Shown one piece after another: positions 22,661-33,239 of a DNA stretch of 33,239 bases. This DNA comes from Nemertoderma westbladi (taxonomy: Eukaryota; Animalia; Xenacoelomorpha). The notes beneath the pieces were generated by a model, which was not told the origin of the DNA, did not search any database, and was given only the letters and a program-made list of their open reading frames with translations. The translations under genes were made by a program, and so were the position numbers. The number at the start of each line of letters is the position of its first letter. Within the stretch, counting starts at the first letter, position 1. The stretch covers positions 1 to 33,239 of the forward strand of contig JAUCBJ010002829.1 of assembly GCA_032718475.1 (NCBI GenBank). Direction: 5' to 3'.

Positions 22661-23111
22661 CTTCGGGTTTGCGCCAATACGCTCCTTTAACCTTCACAAA
22701 GTATTCGTCTAGTGGATGAAACTCCACACTAGTGGCATTCTCCATCTGGTACTCTTTAGGGGCGAACTTCACGAAAACCCACGCGTTTTTGAATCCCTCA
22801 GCATCAGTTTGGTAGCGTTGTTTCGCCTTGAGGAACTTGATGAAGGATCCGACTGTAACCGGGTATCTGTCCATGAGGAAGGGTTTAACCGACATCATCC
22901 TACTTGGGCTTTCCCCGTTGTATGCGTCGTTGGCATCGGTCCCCATAAGGAAGTAACCACCAGGGAGTTTTATCATTCGTTCGAACGGGGAGAATTCATC
23001 TTCCGGTATGTCTAAGTATTTCGCGGCCAGCATCGCTTGTATATAAAGGCTGGCTATTATTGTCAAAGTCGTACAAATTCTAATTGTTTTTGTAATCAAG
23101 GACGTTGTCAT
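22661..23111 (-). CDS. SUMF2: SUMF2 exon 1
   Basis: Hydrophobic signal-like N-terminus, then LPGGYFLMGT, GESP, YPVT, TDAE and GAYWRKPEG. Donor GTTAGA, phase 1, joins exon 2 in frame (334 aa in total). Confidence 0.9.
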
Positions 23112-23778
23112 CTTTGGTTCGAGTTTGTTTATATACTCGACTCGTTCTCGTTTAGTAATTGACTAAACAGAAATACAAATACTTTATACCATGAATGATA
23201 AATTAATTACTTTTCTCTATTCCATTTTCCTATTTATCAATTTCATACAAAACTATGGCAATTTCTCTATTTACAAAATATATAATAATAATTTTTAAAA
23301 TAATTAAATATAATATTATATGTAATCAACCCAAGAACCAAACTGGTATTTTTTCAAAGGAAATATTTAAAGTTTTGCACGAAAACTTTCCTTTAAGTAT
23401 TGGAAGCGTGTATAGTTAGTTCCTTTGACTTTGTCGTCCGTTGTTGGGAGGTACCATATGTTACATTGTGCCACATCACGCAGTGTACGGTGGGCCTACC
23501 CGTTTCCCAATGTCCTTGGGTGTGACGCCACTACCCGGTTGTGTATATGTGTATATGTGCAGCAGCTTGGCGATATAAGCCACCCCTCCGTTCCTATAGC
23601 TGCGTATAAACGTGGCTATTATCCTGTATTAGGGCCATTTTTCAGGGATTCCCTACTATTTATAACGCGTAGGCAAATACATAAACAGAGAATAAACCAC
23701 ATTTATCCTGTCTTTAAAGGTGAAATAATGTGATGGATTATTTATTATGCATAACACAGTATTATGATTCAACGAGGC

Positions 23779-24018
23779 AGGGGGGAAACTGGACGCAAAC
23801 CCATCTTGGCGAATTAATATCTCGCCTCAATGTTAAATTCTCAATTTAGAGAAAGGAGCAGGCTACAGTGGCACGTTTTTTTTTAACCAAACCAATAATT
23901 TTAACCAAAACAATAGAACAGGCTACAGTTATATTTTTGAGAGTAATCAGTAAAGTTATTTCTTGCGTCGAATTTCCCCTGGAGAGGGATGATTTTTATT
24001 GCGTCCAGTTTCCCCCCT
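23779..24018. repeat. Perfect 20-bp inverted repeat pair (DNA transposon remnant) upstream of SUMF2
   Basis: AGGGGGGAAACTGGACGCAA pairs with TTGCGTCCAGTTTCCCCCCT. A degenerate internal copy lies near 23963. Confidence 0.7.
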
Positions 24019-25247
24019 ATCGGGACTCAACATATAACGTATAATAATGATATGTAATATAATAACGGTTATATAATATTGTACATAATTCATCATCATT
24101 CATGTGCAGCAGTCATGGGATGCGAGCGCGCGATAAGATACAAACAATTATCCCTAAATTTAAATGCTGCTTAACGAGATACCTTCACGTACATTATATT
24201 TACCCAAATAGACGTACATAGCATAGACCTGACTTAGGCACGCGTTCCACTCAATTGATAAGTCGATTAAAAAATATAAAGTACAAACCCGTATTTAACG
24301 GAATGCTGGGGATTATTGCAACCCAAAGTAACCATTCACAGGTCTTCAGGATGCGTTTGAGTCAACAGATAGAACATGGGTTATAGTGACTTATGACTTT
24401 TCAGTGGAACACGTGTCCACATAAAGGAATGTTCACACTCAACGGAGTGGTACATCGAGCGATGTACCACAGAGCGGTAGGCCTATACATCAATATCTAA
24501 ATATCAGTATCTTCTTGTTTTTAGGTGATTCTGGTATTCAACAGAGAAAGTTAACAATGGCCAGCGTACGGAAACATTCGCCCCAATCCAATAGAGGTGA
24601 GAAATAATATAAATAAGATAGAGATTAATATTAATATGTAGAAAGATGTTTAATATTGTTTTGATGGTTGGCCCCCTTAGACGAATAACTAGGAAGAAGT
24701 GGTCATGGAACCACATGAGGAAAGAAATCGTTAAATATTATTATTTGTAGGCCACTATACTGTTTGTCTTCTGTAGTTGTTTCTTATTTGGTATCAGAAA
24801 CGTTCGAGACAACTCTGGGAGATTAGTATAAAAGGGGTATGGACGCTGTATGTTAGTAGCGGGGAAATCGGAGTACGGCCTTCGTATTGTGCTGAAAAAT
24901 TTTAGCCATGTGCCAATGAACTAATTAACACTTTCGTTAAATTATAAGTTTTTAAGACAGTTGAATTTAAGTAAAACTATTTTAAACTATTTTTATAATT
25001 TTTAACCGAAAACCCTGACCTGTGGCCATAATTTGTAACTGTAAACCCCAATTTCATATTTTTGAATGTGCAAAACTGCATAGTATAAAGCATGATCTCC
25101 GATTGGTCAGTTTTGATTAAAATATAGGCACAAACAATAGATATAATTGTTGCTAATATTGGCTCGTAATCAGCTGTTAATCAACGGGGTGACTTTATTT
25201 GAATACCTGTTTGGTAATTTCACGTTTTGCTATTGTTGTTATTTCAG

Positions 25248-25513
25248 TTACGCGTTCCTGCATGAATTCTACTGATGTGCACGGAAGTAACCGGATTCCA
25301 TCCTCTTCTACACGAACAACAACTGAAGAGTTACCCACGGCAACGGCCATCAAACTACCTGTAAACACCGCGATCTATCCCGAACCTGCCACCCCCCATA
25401 CCGATCCGACTAACCAACTCAACACATCCAAAGACTCGGATGACGATCCTCTCGCTTGGAGCGCCGATTCGACGATGACATTGAAGAACCTCACGAACCC
25501 AAAAGCCAACCAG
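25248..25513 (+). CDS. CFAP20DC: Probable CFAP20DC coding exon 6 (low-complexity region)
   Basis: Acceptor TTATTTCAG in phase 1, open S/T/P/D-rich frame, donor CAG/GTAAAT in phase 0, compatible with both neighbours. The 3' boundary is uncertain. Confidence 0.6.
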
Positions 25514-25969
25514 GTAAATTGGCCAATCCATTAAAGCGTGCATTTAGAATGGTACGCCGGCTTAGCGACAAAATTGAGCCGCCTAAACGTCCTATCATCC
25601 ATGACTTTCGCGATATCATCCGCATCTTCAAGGTCAGTGTCCTTTACGATGCGTCTCAAGAAAGTCATGGGCTGTCCACAATGCTTATTCACTCCATGAG
25701 GCTGCCAAAGTACAAGATTACTGGCTGGTCCTCACGGCGAAAACAATAACCTGAAAAGTGGAGGCGGCTCTATGTTCAGGTGTGAACTTGGTGAGACCAA
25801 TGAGAAACCTCCAATGCTGTAGTTGATACGACGTTGCGTTTAAAAAAAAACAAATTGGTGCCCCGCATGGACTCCCATTGAGGAGTGGGCCTACTTGTGC
25901 TACTGCTACTTAAAAATTATCGAACCTTTAATGGGCGAACGTTAAACTAAACGGTCCTATTAATTGTAG

Positions 25970-26205
25970 ATATTGAATGAGGTCAACCTTCCCATCTATA
26001 GTCCTGTTTTCACCTATTCCTCTCAACCGCGTTGCGCCCCCTACCCATTACATGCAGCGAAGCCTAGCCGATTATTCAATCACCAATCACCACCGCGTGG
26101 TGGCATCAACGAATACGACTTTCGCATTCCTGAGTTGCAGATTCATCACCTTTCTGGGGTTACCGAAAACACTCACGCATCAGATATAGACAATCACACT
26201 CCAAG
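25970..26205 (+). CDS. CFAP20DC: Probable CFAP20DC coding exon 7
   Basis: Acceptor TTGTAG in phase 0. It contains VFTYSSQPRCAP, resembling the conserved VFTFSSRPRSAP motif. Donor AAG/GTTAGA. Confidence 0.72.
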
Positions 26206-26356
26206 GTTAGATTGTAATTCAATAAAGTTTCGGTTCAAGTATTGTTTGGGCGTAGTTTCATTGTTATTTTTTTACTATAGTATAAAACCATATTATACAT
26301 TTACAGTTGATTACACTGTAGCTATACAGTTAGCTGAGGGTGAGCCGCCCATAGTA

Positions 26357-27190
26357 CCGGGTGTTCCATAATGATTGCCCCCCCCCCCCCCCCCCCTGGC
26401 CAGCCAAAAATGTCAGACATGCACCTTTAGTGTAATATACCATTCGAAAGAGAATGCGAGCTTGCATGCAAAAATTTAGGGTCCAATACAAAAGTATAAA
26501 AATTTTATAGGCTATTCTTTAAACCTATCTTACTTTTCAGTATTTGTGATTTAATCACAATTTTAAAAAAATGTAAGTTATCCAGCGATAGGCATCAGCT
26601 TTGCAGGTTGCAGCCCTTTTTAAACACTGCCTGCTTTTTTATTACTGCCTGACTTTTGCTGTATTACAGTATTCAGTTACCGGTATTAGTGTTTCTTTGG
26701 TAATTTTACTGAATTAGGCCTAACAGAAGTAATTAAAATGACAAGTTCCAGTGCAATCTTCGATGACTGAAGAAAAACGCAAGGTTGACAGGATCAGAGA
26801 TGACATTGTTACTTTTAGAGAGGGTCGTGATTCTGTGACATAATCAAACTGAACTCAAACCAAAACGGCCCTTTTAAGGGCCAACATCCTTTACCACTAT
26901 CGATGAGCTCCCCGTGCTGCAAAGGGGAAGCATGGCTGTAAATCTGATGACTAACACTGGATAAATTACATTTTTTTTAAATTGTGATTAAATCAAAAAT
27001 AATGAAAAATAAGATTGGTTTAAAGAATTGCCTATAAAATTGTTATGCTTTTGTATTGGACCCTAAATTTTTGCATGCAAGCTCAGAATTAAATTATCTT
27101 TCGAATGATATATTACACTAAGGTGCATGTCTGACAGTTTTGGCTGGCCAGGGGGGGGGGGGGGGGTGGCAATCATTATGGAACACCCGG
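26357..27190. mobile_element. Tc1/mariner-type MITE with long TIRs (about 240 bp)
   Basis: TA|CCGGGTGTTCCATAATGATTGCC...GGCAATCATTATGGAACACCCGG|TA, with a TA TSD. The inverted similarity extends to about 26600 and 26944. Confidence 0.92.
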
Positions 27191-27356
27191 TAGATAGGGA
27201 CCAAGTGAGATCAGGTGGTAATCCTACCCGTGGGGACCTTTTGCATCCAATGCCACCTGGGTGCGAATGATAATGGTTACCTTAGAAGTTTATAAAAGTG
27301 CATCTGCATGCGCCTAAATAATGAAGGGGATTTTTTTTATTTAGAAAACCGTTTAA

Positions 27357-28891
27357 CCCGCCGAGGACCGTTTGGGTCAAATTGACCCAAAATGAAGTTT
27401 ACATGTACAGTACTACTGTACAAATTCAATATAATAATTGGGTTCACAATATTTCATGAATTCTCCTACTTTTTTATACTCTATCCAAATGTAACCGGGT
27501 CACAACTTTTACTTTAACACTTTTTTTTTATTTGACTTTTATTATTTAGGCAACGCCAAGGGCCGTTTGGATCAAAATGACCCATTATAGTTTTACTCAT
27601 AAATAACAGTTTTGCAAAGTCGAATTCTGTAAACACATCAATTTTCCAGGTCAGGGCGATGTTAAACAACATTGAAAAGTCAATTCGTCTGTTTGTACAC
27701 AGTATGTCTGTTTGTATGTCGGTGCGTGTGTGTGTGTGTAATATGGAAACCTAGTATCGTCCATGAACCATATTTCCTGTATGGGACGTCTTCTAATTAG
27801 GCCTAGTCAGTGGTAATGTAGCGTTAGGTTCAAACCGGTATACTTTAGTTCTTTAGTAACACATTACATTAAATTATACCTAACTCTCGTTTATTGTTTT
27901 GGTTCCTTTCAACTCTCCTCTATAACCTGCTCCTTTACTAACCTGCCTGGTTATGGAGGCAGACTCACCAAATGGCTCGGCCCTAATGCCAACAGCCTGC
28001 CAGGACCTAATGCCACGGACCTAATGCTCCGGACCTAAAGCTACCAGGTTGCCAGGACCTAAAGCTACCAGGACTGGTGTCTGCTATATTGCCGTAAATA
28101 TATAATCTAGCTGTCTAGGCCTACACCTACCGGCAACCAGTAGTCATTATCTCATTAGCCTATAGGCCTATAAATAAATAAATTGGGCTAATATATAACA
28201 GTTGTGTGCAAAATGGAAACATTTTTGAGAATCTCTTTTGTGGCTAATGTACAAAACAGCCTGGTAGCATTAGGTTCAAATCGGTATACTTTAGGCAGTT
28301 ACTGAGTTAGGTCAGTAGCAGTAGGTCCTGTAGTGTTTAGGTCCCGTAGCTTTAGTAGTAACATATCTATGATATATTTACTTCACTATTTATTTGGGAA
28401 ACAAATAAGATTATCTCTAGAATTCTTCTATACAAGTATATGTAATTACATATTATATATATATATATATATTATATATTTGTTTCCCAAATAAATAGTG
28501 AAGTAAATACATCACATGGCCACTCGCTTCGCTCGTTAATCTATCCCAGTTTGATGTAAATAGTCTGAGTAATTAAGTGAATGATATTATGAAACTCATA
28601 TTGATACACACGCTTGTGCTTCCGGTGGAGTTGTCAACATTTCTATGTACAGTTCATATCTGAACAAAATGAGAAACCCTCGTTTCGTTGTGTCACTCGC
28701 TACGCTCGTTATTGAAACCAAATCGGATGTAAATAGACTAAGTAACTTGCCCGTAAGTCGCAAATGAGTTTCCACACTGATAAAACGTCACTGTTGTTCA
28801 TTTTGATTGATAATATTATCAATAATATACCGTGGGTCAATTTGACCCAAACGGTCCTGGGTGTAACCTGAATCAAACGGTCTTCGGCGGG
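27357..28891. mobile_element. piggyBac-like non-autonomous element
   Basis: TTAA|CCCGCCGAGGACCGTTTG ... CAAACGGTCTTCGGCGGG|TAA. It has an asymmetric internal inverted repeat GGACCGTTTGGGTCAAATTGACCCA. The right TSD is imperfect. Confidence 0.82.
28370..28514. repeat. Inverted repeat (arms about 37 bp) around a (TA)n tract, nested in the piggyBac-like element
   Basis: TATTTACTTCACTATTTATTTGGGAAACAAATA pairs with TATTTGTTTCCCAAATAAATAGTGAAGTAAATA. Confidence 0.85.
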
Positions 28892-29339
28892 TAAGTTCTA
28901 TATTTCAGTATTTATGCCTTTCGAAGAGTTTGTTATTGTTTACGATAACAATTATGACTGTATAATAAAATAAAATTACTAATAATCTGCCTACAGAATG
29001 AATACATTGTTACTGAAGTAGAAAGGTTAATTTAGCATCGTGATAATAATTTGAATCAAATTTCCCTCCAGTTTTTCGTTGGCCCTTTCTACTGTGACCA
29101 TCACCAATGATGTGGAGTATATTACTTTTAACAATATATGGCATAGTTTACCAAAGCTGTATTAAATACAGTAGTAGGCTTAATTAGTTTAATATTACGA
29201 TGATATTTATGATTACAGGATGTACCAAATGTTTAATAAAGTAGAAAACGAGCAATACAGATCAGCTAATTATTGCGTATCTATACTATTCGCCATTGAG
29301 CAAATTATTTTGGTTTCCTAAACAAAATTTAGATTTTCT

Positions 29340-29726
29340 AAATTTTTTCTAGCCGTTTAGAAACTTTTCACAGAACATTTTGAAGAAAAAACCTGATCTT
29401 CTCTTACAAATCGAAATGAAATAAAGCGAAATTTTGCAGAAAGCATGTCCAATAATAGGTGCCCAATGATTATGATCGGTCATTCTAGAATTAATTTCAC
29501 TGTTGCTAGGCAACCAACAGGTCCCTTGCAACCAAGACCTTGCATACACTGATACACATATATACACAACTAGGTCCGATAAAGAACCTATCATCAAAGT
29601 TTCATCCAATTCCATCAACACTAAGTGCCAGAAGTTGTGTGTACAAACAAACAAACACAAACAAACAAACAAACACACCTACACGTGTGAGAAATCAGGA
29701 CATCCAACTTGGATCCGTCCAAAAAC
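29340..29726 (+). mobile_element. DINE/Helentron-like element end
   Basis: An (ACAA)n microsatellite is followed by the imperfect hairpin GGACATCCAACTTGGATCCGTCC and an A-run. GTTGCTAGGCAAC occurs internally. The left boundary is a guess. Confidence 0.45.
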
Positions 29727-30519
29727 AATAAACGAGAGCCAAGATTCAGATTCACATCAATTCTGATCTGAACTCTGGTAAAGAATAAATTTCGTTCCTT
29801 TTATTTATATGAAAAATAATAATCTCACGAATTTAAGTCATGAATGTTAGACACCAGTCCTACAGTAGGACGTTGGGTGTTACGGCGACTGGGTAACGGT
29901 AAGCCAAAGTGTTGTTTATACTATAATACACAGCAGTTAATTATTACACCTTGGTCTGTTTGTTGGTGTGTGGGCTAACAATAAGGTATGTCAGCTATAA
30001 ATATTCCGGGTGACACTTTGGCCGTTTCTTTGTGCTGATAATCGTATTTATTATGAAAAACTTGTCCATTTATCCCTTAAACTGTTGTTATATTCTTTGC
30101 TCTCCATATTTAATAAAATCACAACAAACAACAGTAACACAGTAACAAACAACAACAAACACGCACGTAGGATAACAGAGCAAATATTCGCGTTTACAAA
30201 AATAAGAATTTATCATATTCATTCATTTAAATCGACATTACCTGTACAAATTGTATCTAAGGAATATTAATTGCAAAGTAAAACACAAAACAACAAGAAG
30301 TAAATATAACAACTTAATTAAATGTTATTATTAATTGATTGATTGATGTCCATTAGAGTAGCGTTGTCATAGCTGCAAACGATGACGTCACAACCTTCGT
30401 CAAACAACCCGACTTCATCAATCCGGTTAATGTACGTAACGAACTGTGACGCCGAGATGTTCTTAAACATCACGTCATAAGAATTATCGATGACGTGATT
30501 AATGAACCTACCGTCGTTG

Positions 30520-31041
<522 letters not shown>

Positions 31042-31338
31042 TTATTATTATTATAGGATCAGTGCCCGGGGCATCTTGTAGTATCCCCATGATCTGTTAG
31101 GGCCAATTTGATATTGAAAAGAGTAAAATTTAGGAGTGGAATTTGATTAGAATTTTGATTAGAATATAAAATCCACTGCAACCTGCTCCTTTCCCTAATA
31201 GACTGATGTCTAAAATCAAAATGTAAATTACCGAAATTAAATATTCGCGACAAATTAAGCTCAGACTTTCACAAGACTTTCCCTCAATGCAGCTCCCCAA
31301 TGTAGAAAACAATTTATTTCTGCCCAAAAATAAGGCTA

Positions 31339-32346
<1,008 letters not shown>

Positions 32347-32601
32347 TTACAGTCTGGCAGTCGCAGTGATAACGTTTATTTTAAGTTATAATTCTGTAAT
32401 TGCCTACCTCCAACAAACTGCCAACCTCAATAAACCTGTAAACACCTCTTCAGCCAGCCAGCTCTCACGCTCACCTAGTAGCTGTATGCCAAAAGGTTGA
32501 TACACGTCGACATCACGTTCACGTACTGTAGGCTGGAATTGGTACATGAAACGTGCTGCACTGAATTTTCTTCCATGCAGAAATAGCAAGCAACGCAACA
32601 G

Positions 32602-33124
32602 TATGAGGCGCCGTTAACGCCAAAAGGTCAGCAATAATATTAAAGGTTTTAAAAAGAATATTAGAGAATTTCAAAACATATTTTCGGCCGAAATTTCGGC
32701 CGAAATATTTTATTACATTTTTTTCAGCTCTTTCATTTGATGTAATTTTCGGCCGAAATCTCAACCGAAATTTCGGCCGAAATCTCGACCGAAATTTCGG
32801 CCGAAATTTCGGCCGAAAATCTCATCAAATGGAAGAGCTGAAAATGTAATAAAATATTTCGGCCGAAGATTTCGGCCGAAATTTCGGCCGAAAATGTTAT
32901 CAAATGGAAGAGCTGAAAATGTAATAAAATATTTCGGTCGAGATTTCAGCCGAAATTTCGGCCGAAATTTCGACCGAAAATGTTTATCAAATGGAAGAGC
33001 TGAAAATGTAATAAACATATTTCGGCCGAAATTTCGGCCGAAAATATGTTTTGAAATTCTCTAATATTATTTTTAAAACCTTTAATATTATTGCTGACCT
33101 TTTGGCGTTAACGGCGACCTCATA
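32602..33124. mobile_element. IS3EU-like non-autonomous foldback element
   Basis: Termini TATGAGG...CCTCATA with a perfect 6-bp TSD CAACAG (32596-32601 and 33125-33130). The TIRs exceed 100 bp and the interior is built of palindromic TTTCGGCCGAAA units. Confidence 0.88.
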
Positions 33125-33239
33125 CAACAGCAATGTTTGTTTATTGAAATGACAAAATCATAAATTACAGGGTGTACCAGGCAGGAGATAACCACAAATA
33201 AAGATCACACGAAAATGCTGCTCTGCAATCACTCAGACT

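Noticed and set aside
20140-23111. Bacterial DGR target or active SUMF1, given an FGE-sulfatase domain near a reverse transcriptase
   Set aside because: The RT is a LINE with a TSD, I saw no template/variable repeat pair, and the gene is spliced and lacks the SUMF1 catalytic cysteines.

Overview
This is AT-rich invertebrate animal genomic DNA, not prokaryotic. A multi-exon CFAP20DC (C3orf67-like) ciliary gene runs on the + strand from 2945 to at least 26205. I reconstructed seven phase-compatible exons; its conserved C-terminus was not found in the window. A two-exon SUMF2 (inactive FGE paralogue, C-terminal HEEL) lies antisense inside one of its introns, and a two-exon RUVBL2 lies on the - strand near the window end. 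The introns are full of mobile DNA: an RTE-type LINE with a 10-bp TSD, a CR1-like LINE inside a TIR element, tandem Helentron-like elements inside a GG/TWA-type TIR element, a Tc1/mariner-type MITE, a piggyBac-type element, an IS3EU-like foldback element with a 6-bp TSD and a tRNA-derived SINE. There are also three tandem arrays with 22, 28 and 25 bp units. I see no clearly new biological system. The most unusual signals are dense TA-core-TA motifs resembling transposon excision footprints, a ladder of RFX X-box motifs carried by a transposon into a ciliary gene, and a broken HECT domain next to a palindromic array and a putative IS3EU end.
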